The notes under the pieces: generated by a model
The model's input: only the letters and a program-made list of their open reading frames with translations
The model's database searches: none
What the model was told of the DNA's origin: nothing
Shown: positions 11,561-20,000 of the stretch, in pieces
Layout of the letters: every line of letters begins with the position of its first letter
Numbering within the stretch: position 1 is the stretch's first letter
Made by a program: the position numbers and the translations under genes
Origin: Malacoraja senta
Taxonomy: Eukaryota
Assembly: GCA_038087875.1 (NCBI GenBank)
Contig: JAXLNO010000477.1
Coordinates: 107,699 to 127,698 of the forward strand
Direction: 5' to 3'
Length of the DNA stretch: 20,000 nucleotides

Positions 11561-11713
11561 ACAGAGGTCGCGCTTATCCCGGAACTCCCGCTCAGTGCAT
11601 AGGTCGCGCTCATTCCGGAAGTCTCATCATTCCGGAAGGCCCGCTCAGTCCAGAGGCCGCGCTCAGCCGCGTGAGTAGATTCAAGAGAGTTTTACTCTCT
11701 TATATATGTCCCA

Positions 11714-12125
11714 TGTGCGTGTGTGTGTGTGAGTGTGTGTATGTCAGTGTGTGTCAGCGTGTATGTATGTGTGTGAGTGTGTGCGTGTGTCATTGTGTCA
11801 GTGATGGAGGGTGTGAGTGATGGAGGGTGTGAGTGTGTGTGAGACGGAGGGTGTGAGTGTGAGATGGAGGGTTGTGTGTGTGAGAGAGATAGAGGGTGTG
11901 TGTGTGAGATGGAGGTTGTGTGTGTGTGTGATGGAGGGTGTGTGTGTGACGGAGGTTGTGTGTGTGATGAATGGTGTGTGTGAGATCAATGGTGTGTGTG
12001 TGAGAGAAGCAGGGTGTGTGTGAGATGGAGGGTGTGTGTGTGATGGAAGGTGGTGTGTGTGTGATGGAGGTTGTGTGTGTGATGAATGGTGTGTGTGTGT
12101 GTGTGATGGAGGATGCGTGTGTGTG
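11714..12125. repeat. (TG)n and (TG)n-ATGGAGG compound repeat
   Basis: Seen directly in the sequence. Confidence 0.9.
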
Positions 12126-12127
12126 AG

Positions 12128-12256
12128 CACACCAGCCGTGAGTGAGTGAACTGCCAGCCCACCAGCCGTCAGTGAATGAATTGCCAGCCCACCAGCCGTC
12201 AGTGAGTGAGTCAAATGCCAGCCCACCAGCCGTGAGTGAGTGAACTGCCAGCCCTC
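12128..12256. repeat. About 30-bp minisatellite, about 4 copies, near the Helitron 3' end
   Basis: ccagccc at 12154, 12184, 12218 and 12248; unit ccagcccaccagccgtgagtgagtgaactg. Confidence 0.9.
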
Positions 12257-12499
12257 CAGCCCAACGGGTCCCACTTATTCTAGTATTCTCTAACATTGTC
12301 TCACAAACAAAAATTCACACGCACTCACATACGCAAACACTCTCACCCACATTTACTAATGCTCACACACTCACACGCACACTCACGCACTCACGCAAAC
12401 AGAAACACAAGCAAATGCAGCCACTCTTACAAACGCTGCCGCACTCACACACGCAGACCCGTCTGCACTCTTACACATTTTGTGATTCAGAACGATTCC

Positions 12500-12890
12500 A
12501 GGGTGTTCGCGGCGAGCTGCGCAGCCGGGAATGTCCCCGGTGAGCAGGGCCGCCCTTCATTCGGCCCGGTAGTCACGCCTCGCTCACCGCGGACGGCGAT
12601 GGGAGCCGTGCCTCGTTAGCGACGATAGAGCCTCGAGCAATGACAGCGAGCGAGGTGGAGGGTCGGAGAGCGAGGAAGGCCGCCGGGAACGAAGGGGGTC
12701 CCCGGTGCGGCGGCAGGCAGGAGTTGGAACTATTCGGTCAACGTTTGTAACTTTGTCGCCGTCAAAATGTGGCGAGACTTGTGTACGGCCTCGGTGAGGC
12801 CTGCGACATGATTTTACCGGGTTGTCTGTAAAACTAAGTATTTCACTCTACCTGGGTACACGTGACAATAAAGGACCATTGAATCATTGA
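12500..12890 (+). mobile_element. GC-rich non-autonomous retroposon with a Rex1/Babar-like 3' tail
   Basis: Ends tttcactctacctgggtacacgtgacaataaag..cattgaatcattga, the reverse complement of the tail at 13106-13135. Confidence 0.6.
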
Positions 12891-13075
12891 CATTCTTGCA
12901 AACGCATACACTTACACTCACACACACACACACACACACACACTCCAACTGATTCACACAATCTCACACATTCACACTTAAATACACGTGCTAACACACT
13001 CATGCATGGACACACACACCCATACTGTCACACACACACAATAACCAATGCGAGTCAGGATGCATCTCTGGAGAA

Positions 13076-14540
13076 GTTTAGTTGAGTTTTTACAGTTTGG
13101 TTTAGTTTATTGTCACGTGTACCGAGGTACAATGCAATGCTTTTGCTGCGTATAGATAGCTTTTACGGGGTATAGATACATGATAAGGGGATAAGGTTTA
13201 GTGCAAGGTAATGCCAGGAAAGTCCCATCAAGGATCGGCCGAGGGTCACCAAAGAGGTAGATAGTAGTTCAGCACTGGTTGTGATAGGATGATTCAGTTG
13301 CCTGATAACAGCGGGGAAGAAACTGTCCTTGAATCTGGAGGTGTGCGTTTTCACACTTCTCTATCTGTTGCCTGATGGGAGAGGGGAGAAGAAGGAATGA
13401 CCAGGGTGAGAATCGTGGATTTTGCAGCTGGCCTTGCCGAGGCAGCGTGAGGTATAAATTGAGTCAATGGAAGGGAGATTAGTTTGTGCCACCTTCTGGG
13501 TGACGTCCACAATTTGCTGCAATTACTTACTGTCTTGGATGGAGATTCTTCTTTTTGCGATTAAAACATAAACCTAAGGGATAGTTCGATCTCAAGCCGG
13601 TGTTGAGCAGTCAGGTTGTTGTCTCTGTTGGCGTCAATGTCTGCCAGGCCCTGACAGAGCTCCATTTGGTGGGTGGTAGAGCGGGCACCCAGAGATGACA
13701 TGGTTGGCTGTCTGTTGTTCTGCCCCACATTCACAGGCTGGGCTCTGGCGGAGCCCCCATCTCCACATGCTGGCATTGAAACGCCCAACTCCAGTACCAA
13801 GTCTGTTGAGCTTCACCCATGCTCCTCTGGGGAGCTCAGACCTTGGACAGCTTTTATCTGGTGAAGAGATGTAGCTGTGTAATGGAGATGAGGTTGCCTT
13901 CCACTCCTGTGACCACTTGGTGGCTATCCAGTGTGCTTTTGTCTCAGTTGGCTGGATGGATGCTAGGAGTTGTTTTCCATATGGAGCAAAGGGGTGACTG
14001 ACCAGTCGGGATTGCCTCTGCTCTCTACTGATAGCCTGATGGAGGAGGTGATCTGGGTCTATGGCACGACGAGATAGTGCCAGAGTTGCTGCTTGCCTTG
14101 GGATCCCTGCTGACGGAATGCCCGCAAGTATAGGGAGCTGCTCGACTGGAGTAGGTTGAAGGCACCCAGTGATGGTTCACAAGGTGCTGTTCAGGCTCGT
14201 GTCTACCAGGCTAGTGTGTCTGCTTCTACTCCATACGGGTGCGCAGTACTCAGCTGGGGCACACACAAGCGCTAAGGCAGAGGTGTGAAGAGTTGATGGG
14301 CTGGCTCCCCAACTTGTTTCTGCCATGTGTCGGATGAGGCCGCTACGTGCCGGGACCTTGTCGCGGAGACCAGCCAGGTGTTGACGAAATGTAAGCGACC
14401 TGTCCAGCTTTACGGAGCTGCCCAGATGGAGCTGTTCCCAAACCAAGCTGCGATGGTTTTTGATAAAATACCTTGTATGGTGCAACTGTAGAAGTTGGTG
14501 AGAGTTGTAGGCGACATGCCGATCTACCTATGCCTTCTCA
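13076..14540 (-). mobile_element. Rex1/Babar LINE 3' fragment split by a Vingi/Ingi insertion
   Basis: With 13545-14424 and one TSD copy removed, the - strand reads GMSPTTLTNFYSCTIQGILSKTIAAWFGNSSI|QDSK*LQQIVDV..KTHTSRFKDSFFPAVIRQLN; AATAAA and (AAACT)-like tail at 13076-13111. Confidence 0.85.
13545..14424 (-). mobile_element. 5'-truncated Vingi/Ingi-clade non-LTR retrotransposon
   Basis: Peptides KLDRSLTFRQH..SWGASPSTLHTSALALVCAPAEYCAPVW and LNRLGTGVGRF..WGL..CECG..QTANHVISGCP (C-terminal CCHC); short GAA-type tail; 7-bp TSD GATGGAG at 13538-13544 and 14425-14431. Confidence 0.8.
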
Positions 14541-15240
14541 GAACATGAATAGGTGACGTTTCTGCTCGGGATCCTTCTTCAGACTGGTTGTGGTAGGAAG
14601 GGGAGAAGACTGGAACAGAGGGAGGCAGGAAAAAGTGAGTTGAATGATGTGCGGATGCAGATTAATAGGGTTTTGATAGTCATGTGGTTGATACCTGAGA
14701 TTCAACTATATAAGGAGTGAGATGAAGATTGAAGAGGATGGAATTATAAAGAGAGGGGAAGGAATATCGGTGGAAGGGGAGGGGTAGAGGAGATGAGTGG
14801 GTGGGAATCCGTTTGAGGCACGAGGAAGAGCGAGGGGACAGCGGGAATTTTCACGCTAGCTACCTAACATTGGAGAATTCAATGCTCATACCATTAGGTT
14901 GCAAGGTACCAAAGCGGAATATGAAGTGGTGAACTTTCAGTTTGCATGTAGCCTCACTCTGGCAATGGAGGAGGCCCAGGGCAAAAAGGTCAGCGTGGGA
15001 AGGGGAGTTACAATTGTTAGCAACGGCGAGATCCGGCAGGCCTTGGCGGAACGAGGGTAAGTGTTCGTCTAAAACGTCGCCGAGTCTACGCTCGACCACG
15101 CCGATGTAAAGGAGGCCATATCTGGAACACCGCATGCAACACATGAGATTAGAGGAGGTGCCGGTGAACATCTGTCTCACTTGGAAGTGTTGCTGGAGTG
15201 TGAGGGAAAGGGTATATGGACAGCTGTTACATCCCATGGT
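14541..15240 (-). mobile_element. Penelope-like element 3' portion: GIY-YIG endonuclease remnant plus terminal repeat (continues at 13048-13075)
   Basis: ORF 14860-15237 FTGTSSNLMCCMRCSRYGLLYIG..RRLGD..EH..FRFGTLQPNGMS is a decayed PLE GIY-YIG domain, followed by a pyrimidine-rich tract and a hammerhead-like motif. Confidence 0.85.
14555..14582 (-). ncRNA. Degenerate minimal hammerhead ribozyme motif in the Penelope terminal repeat
   Basis: - strand GU CUGAAGA AGGAUCCCGAGCA GAAAC GUC AC; core intact, stem II disrupted. Confidence 0.6.
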
Positions 15241-15279
15241 GGCTCACCGTTTTAACCGCACTTCTCAAGAAAGGCGTTG

Positions 15280-15672
15280 AAGAGAGAAGTGAGGGCGAGC
15301 AGGAGGAGAGTTGGGGAAATGGAGAGACAGGTACGGAGTACAAAGATGAAAGGGAGCGATAGCGGAGAAGACGAAAGTGGAAGAGGTGGGGGGAGGGTGA
15401 ACTATTAAATGTAGTGTGGGAAGATGGAGAGAGAGAAGAGTTCAGAGCGAGTGGGTTGGTAAAAGGGAGATAGGGACGGGTCAGATAGATACAGAGATAC
15501 TGAGGGAGAGATGCAGTGAGAGTGAGAGGTTAGGGAGGGGTAAGGGAAGAAAGGTTGACAGAGATATGCCGGCGCAGAGAGGGAGAATAGAGAGAGTAGG
15601 GGGGAGAGTAACAGTTCAGAGAGAGGACAGCAGTAAGGATGGAGGGAGAGAGAAAGGCAGGAGGGAGAGGGG
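15280..15672. repeat. Purine (GA)-rich low-complexity tract
   Basis: Seen directly in the sequence. Confidence 0.75.
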
Positions 15673-16362
15673 CTGCATCATTCGCCGTTTTATGTAGGTT
15701 TAGGACAAATCTGAGGCGGTAATGTTTCTGTTCTCTGGGTGTCTTTGTGAGTCTCTGGGTCGTTCATCCACAGAAGGTGGTGAAGGCAGAGAATGTTATT
15801 GTCGCAGGGCAAAGTCAGATCCACTCCAGGCAAACAGGGAGTGAATGGATACCGGGGTCGCCGGGGGTGGGGGTTGGGGTCACAGTCAGTCAGTCAAGCC
15901 GCGATCATATTGAGGGGTGAAGCAGAGTGGAGGGATGGGGGGGCATTTTAGTCCGAGGTGATGTGTTGAACTAATTCCTCTACCTGTGGACAAAGGTCGC
16001 CCAGTCCAGTCCACCTTCAAACTGGGCACCAGAAGCCCTGAGAGGGTCCATGGAATTTGGCATTGCCTTACTGAGTGAAACGCATTGAAGGAAATCAGAC
16101 AACCAACATGAGGTGGTGAGTTGGGTCTGATGGAGTTTGAAACAATATCCCCTTTGCTGGAACAATGCCGCCTCTCCCAATTTCCATCCCTATCGCCACA
16201 ATACCCAGTCTTTGGAGTTTCTCAATCAATTCCGTGAATAAAGCACAACCTGTCTCAGCAGGGATTGCACTCGGCTGATGTCATCTGTTTGTGAATCATT
16301 TCAAAATCTCTATTTTTAAAACTCTGTTGAAACTTCACTGTCCCGGTGGAGACGGAAAATGG

Positions 16363-16369
16363 TATAAAA
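16363..16369 (+). promoter_or_regulatory. Candidate TATA box of the GPCR gene
   Basis: TATAAAA about 85 bp upstream of an ATG in good Kozak context (gaaaATGG). Confidence 0.45.
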
Positions 16370-16449
16370 TCCCCAGGAATGTTCTGTCCCAGCATTTCAT
16401 TCCGAGACATTACCGGTAGCTCACGGGGACACGTCGCTGGGCACAGAAA

Positions 16450-16525
16450 ATGGGGCAGCATATTTATGAATATTGGCGTGTGGAGAGAATAGTGTACGTG
16501 ATCATTGCTGCCATTGGTGTCCCTG
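16450..16525 (+). CDS. Exon 1 of a GPR139/GPR142-like class A GPCR (short N-terminus and start of TM1)
   Basis: MGQHIYEYWRVERIVYVIIAAIGVP followed by donor G|GTAAGT. The phase-1 junction joins exon 2 to give GVPVNLVAIVILSR (TM1 GxxxN motif). Too short for the ORF track. Confidence 0.85.
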
Positions 16526-17191
16526 GTAAGTGAGCAGAACAATTCAAGTTGTATAATTCCATCCGTGTGTTAACTGGTGTTGACCTGATTCTCATCATGT
16601 TACAAGTTCCCAACTGATGATCGTTGTACAAGAATATGTGAAGAATATCAATCCTCTCAGTGAAATATTTGTGAATTAATGCTGTGATATTTCTTATTTT
16701 CAGACAGCTGAAACTAAGCCCCTTTTTCTCTCACTGCTGCCGGCCGGGAGCCACTAGAATGTTGTTCTTGCCTTCAGTGTTGTCCCAGTGCTCGGGACAG
16801 GCAGGCAGGCAGGCAGCTCTCCGGGACGGTGTGACTGGGAGAGAGGGGTTCACGTTGTGAAGTTCACTGTGACTGAGTTATTGATCAGAGTGCACACCCG
16901 CTCCTGTGGACACTGTGTCTCACTGTGGAGTCTGTCTGTCACAGTCGGATTCCACCCACAGCATTTTGGTCAATAATTGGATCGATCTCCTGAACCAGTG
17001 GCCGCGGATCTACCGGCGTGTGTGTGTGTGTGTTGTTACTTCACCTGCACCATCTTGAGTCTGCTGAGATTAGCCGCTGTATGTCTAAACTAACCCGACT
17101 AACTACCCCCCCCTGTCTCTGTGCTTTGGTACATATATCCCACACCATCCATACATGGGGATAATAGGTTGCATTCCTGGCACCGTCTGGA

Positions 17192-17388
17192 TTTCGTGTG
17201 TGGGAATGAACTGCAGATGCTGGTTTAAATCGTAGATAGACACAAAGTGCTGGAGTAACTCAGCGGGACGGGCAGCATCTCTGGAGAGAAGGAATGGGTG
17301 ACGTTTCGGATCAAGACCCTTCTTCAGTCCCATTCCTTCTCTCCAGAGATGCTGCCTGTCCCGCTGAGTTACTCCGCTTTCTGCGTCG
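17192..17388. mobile_element. Fold-back Penelope-derived mini-element with 10-bp TSD
   Basis: 47-bp inverted arms 17252-17298 and 17329-17375; ACCGTCTGGA at 17182-17191 and 17389-17398. Confidence 0.85.
17299..17328 (-). ncRNA. Minimal type I hammerhead ribozyme core
   Basis: - strand A CUGAAGA A GGGU-CUUG-AUCC GAAAC GUC A: CUGANGA and GAAA boxes, stem II, palindromic ACGU in place of stem III, and a GUC triplet. Confidence 0.7.
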
Positions 17389-17549
17389 ACCGTCTGGACC
17401 AGAAGGGGTGGACTCTCATTTGCAACAATTGGCCTCTGCTTCAGGAGGGAAGTGTGAAGGGCACCTTGTGTGGGGAGGGAGAGAAAGAGGAATATCAGGG
17501 ATGATTGGATATGGCGGCCATTGTAGTGCGTTCTTCCCCCAGCTTTACC

Positions 17550-17808
17550 TTTACCTTCAGAAAGGAGATGAGGAGGAATTTCTTTAGACAGAGGGTGGTG
17601 AATCTGTGCAATTCATTGCGGCAGACGGGGGTGGAGGCCAAGTCAATGGATAGTTTTAAGGCGGAAAGTGATAGATTCTTGATTAGTGCGGGTGTCGGGG
17701 TTTACGGGGAGAAGGCAAGAGAATGGGGTTGAGAGGGAAAGATAGATCGGCCATGATTGAATGGCGGAGTAGACATGATGGGCCGAATGGCCTAATTCTG
17801 CTCCTATC
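17550..17808 (+). mobile_element. CR1 3' fragment (intronic)
   Basis: FRKEMRRNFFRQRVVNLCNSL..VYGEKAREWG* followed by the CR1 3' UTR. Confidence 0.88.
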
Positions 17809-17829
17809 AGCTGCACTCTTGTGTAAAGT

Positions 17830-18032
17830 GTTTAAGAATGAACTGCAGATGCTGGAAAAACGAAAGTAGACAAAAGTGCTGGAGAAACTCAGCGGGTGAG
17901 ACAGGATCTATGGAGCGAAGGAAATAGGTAACTATTTCCAGTCCGAAGAAGGGTTTCGGCCCGAAACGTTACCTGTTTCCTCCGTTCCATAGATGCTGCC
18001 TCACCCGCTGAGATTCTCCAGCACTTTTGTCT
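17830..18032. mobile_element. Fold-back Penelope-derived mini-element with 15-bp TSD and a mutated hammerhead core (+, 17943-17970)
   Basis: 67-bp imperfect inverted arms 17866-17932 and 17968-18034; ACTCTTGTGTAAAGT at 17815-17829 and 18033-18047; CCGAAGA A GGGU-UUCG-GCCC GAAAC GUU. Confidence 0.85.
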
Positions 18033-18185
18033 ACTCTTGTGTAAAGTCCTTTCTGAGTAATTTCCCTTATCTGTGCTGAATGCTAACCTGGTTCTGGAAG
18101 GGCAGAGTTTGGGGATAATGCAATAGATGAAGTAGTTTGCATCAAGAAGCCATTGGGATAACCTCAGTGGAAGCTTGAGAGTGAT

Positions 18186-18407
18186 GAGTGGTGAGTGTGG
18201 AATTCTCTGACTCAGAGGGCGGTGGAGGCAGGTTCTCTGGATGCTTTCAAGAGAGAGCTAGATAGGGCTCTTAAAAATAGCGGAGTCAGGGGATATGGGG
18301 AGAAGGCAGGAACGGGGTACTGATTGGGGATGATCAGCCATGATCATATTGAATGGCGGTGCTGGCTCGAAGGGCCAAATGGCCTCCTCCTGCACCTGTT
18401 GTCTACT
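18186..18407 (+). mobile_element. CR1 3' fragment (intronic)
   Basis: Reverse complement is colinear with about 722-935 and 5897-6100. Confidence 0.9.
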
Positions 18408-18890
18408 GAACTCACTGTGGAATGAATCCATTAACGGAGCCACTCTGCTGCTGCTGCTGCCGGATTCTAAGTTGTCCCTGCCTTCCCTCTGGAAGTCTCC
18501 CTCCTCGTCCCCATCAGATGCCGAGTTCCCAGAGCCCTGGTTAAACGGGGCCGGCCGCTCACGGTTAAGTCTGTGAAAGCGGCCCCATCACAGACTGTGA
18601 GCAGCAGCAGGGTTCACTATAGAAAGGACCATTACGCCTATTGTAGATGGGTGGGTGGCTACTCGTTCCCTCCCCTGCCCTTTACCCCACCCGCCCGTCA
18701 CCTTATCTCTTCTCCCCTGAAGCAGGCAGGCAGGTCGGGCACAGTCGGAGCCGGCTCTGACATTGTTAAACTTGCAGCAGCCACGCACCGACTCCAACAC
18801 TCCTGATCTTGAGCTGAAAGTCGAGCGGTGTTCAGCCCCGGAGACCGTGTTGGGTAAATGACCAGTGTCCGTTCCCTTGTCTTTCCGCAG

Positions 18891-19873
18891 TGAATTTAGT
18901 GGCGATTGTGATCCTGTCCCGGGGAAAGTGTGGCCTCTCCACCTGCACCCACTCGTTACCTGGTGGCCATGGCAGCGGCCGATCTACTGACCATCATCAT
19001 CGAGGTCATTTTGCTTCAGCTCCGATTACATTACTTTTATTGGAGTTTCCTGTCCATCACCCCTGTGTGCAGTGTTAACGATGTACTGGTGTTTACAGCT
19101 ACAGACTGTTCTGTCTGGTTCACCGTCACTTTCACCTTTGATCGCTTTGTCGCCATTTGTTGCCAGAAGCTGAAAACTAAATATTGCACCGGGAAAACTG
19201 CGGCTGTGGTTCTGGCAACAGCCGGCGTTCTGGTCTGTGTGAAAAACATTCCCCGCTACTTCACAGTGGAACCCGGGACAATCATCGACAATGTCCCGTG
19301 GGGCTGTGTCACGGTGGCCAGTTATTACACTGACCCCGGGTGGGTGGCATTTGACTGGATCGACACGGTTTTAACTCCGTTCCTCCCTTTCGCTGTAATC
19401 CTGCTGCTCAACGCTCTGACTGTCCGCCACATTTAGTGGCCAGTCGGGTCCGTAAGGGGCTGAGGGGTGAGAGCAAGGGGGAGAACCGCAGTGACCCGGA
19501 GATGGAGAGCAGGAGGAGGTCTGTGGTTTTACTCTTCACCATCTCCGGCAGCTTCATCCTCCTGTGGCTGACGCTGGTCGTAAACTTCGTCTATTATCAG
19601 ATCACAGGAATTGGAAATGATATGAATGATTCTCAATGGATCTTTAACGACGTCGGGTTGTTGCTGAGGAATCTCAGCTGCTGCACCAACACATTTATTT
19701 ACGCGGTGACCCAGTCCAAGTTCAGGGAGCAGGTGAAGAGCGCGGTGAAATATCCGCTCACCTCAGTGCTTCGGCTCATGAATCAATCCGGCGCCCTGAG
19801 CGCGTCCATCCCAGAGGCGGGCGGGCGCGCGCAGTCTCTCCGCTCCGGGCTCCCCCCCCCTGGCAACAGGTGA
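18891..19873 (+). CDS. Exon 2 of the GPR139/GPR142-like GPCR (TM1-TM7 and C-tail); two 1-nt frameshifts as sequenced, so pseudogene or assembly error
   Basis: Acceptor ttcccttgtctttccgcag|; motifs YLVAMAAADL (TM2), FTFDRFVAIC (TM3), PFLPF (TM5), SGSFILLW (TM6), CCTNTFIY (TM7). Extra C in 18948-18950 and missing T in 19432-19434. Confidence 0.88.
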
Positions 19874-19992
19874 CGTCACGATGGGGTGCGGCAGCCAATC
19901 GGATCGGATCGTCCGCTTCCCTTTCGGCCATTCAGTAGCCCCCTTCCACCCGGCAACAGATGATGCTGTATGTGGGGTACACAGCGACCAAT
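19858..19992 (+). promoter_or_regulatory. Two RFX-site / CRE / CCAAT modules in a CpG-rich region
   Basis: GGCAAC at 19862 and 19952, TGACGTCA at 19871-19878, CCAATCGG at 19895 and 19988. Confidence 0.45.
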
Positions 19993-20000
19993 CGGAGGTC

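Larger units (their letters stand above)
10826..12283 (+). mobile_element. Non-autonomous Helitron with internal tandem repeats
   Basis: 5' A|TC(CATCTATCT..TATACTATTACTAAAA); 3' short hairpin GCCC-AAC-GGGT (12259-12269) then CTAG|T (12280-12284); no TSD; CA-rich host sequence resumes on both sides. Confidence 0.7.

Noticed and set aside
11790..12296. 158-168 aa minus-strand ORFs as Helitron-captured genes
   Set aside because: Entirely tandem-repeat derived; no Rep/helicase motifs.
15416..15697. 93-aa R/E/G-rich ORF
   Set aside because: Product of the GA-rich low-complexity tract.
18948..19434. Compensating frameshift pair or programmed frameshifting in the GPCR
   Set aside because: The intervening frame stops at 19078, and no slippery heptamer or stimulatory structure was seen at either site.

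Overview
Repeat-dense vertebrate genomic DNA. The repeat families and the receptor type suggest a cartilaginous fish, probably a skate or ray (inference). The only host gene is a two-exon class A GPCR of the GPR139/GPR142-like type on the + strand (exon 1 16450-16525, exon 2 18891-19873, about 352 aa once one +1 and one -1 homopolymer indel are repaired). The rest is mostly mobile DNA: a young 5'-truncated CR1 LINE with a 9-bp TSD (698-3961, -), several older CR1 and Rex1/Babar fragments, a non-autonomous Helitron containing minisatellites (10826-12283), a three-level nest (Vingi/Ingi inside Rex1/Babar inside a Penelope-like GIY-YIG element, 13048-15240), a probable Gypsy LTR/gag remnant, and several minisatellites with higher-order structure. 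The most notable signals are (1) small TSD-flanked fold-back elements carrying a Penelope-type minimal hammerhead ribozyme core, two of them in the GPCR intron, and (2) a tandem pair of RFX-CRE-CCAAT (MHC X1-X2-Y-like) modules at the window end. All family assignments come from recognising motifs by eye; no database search was run.
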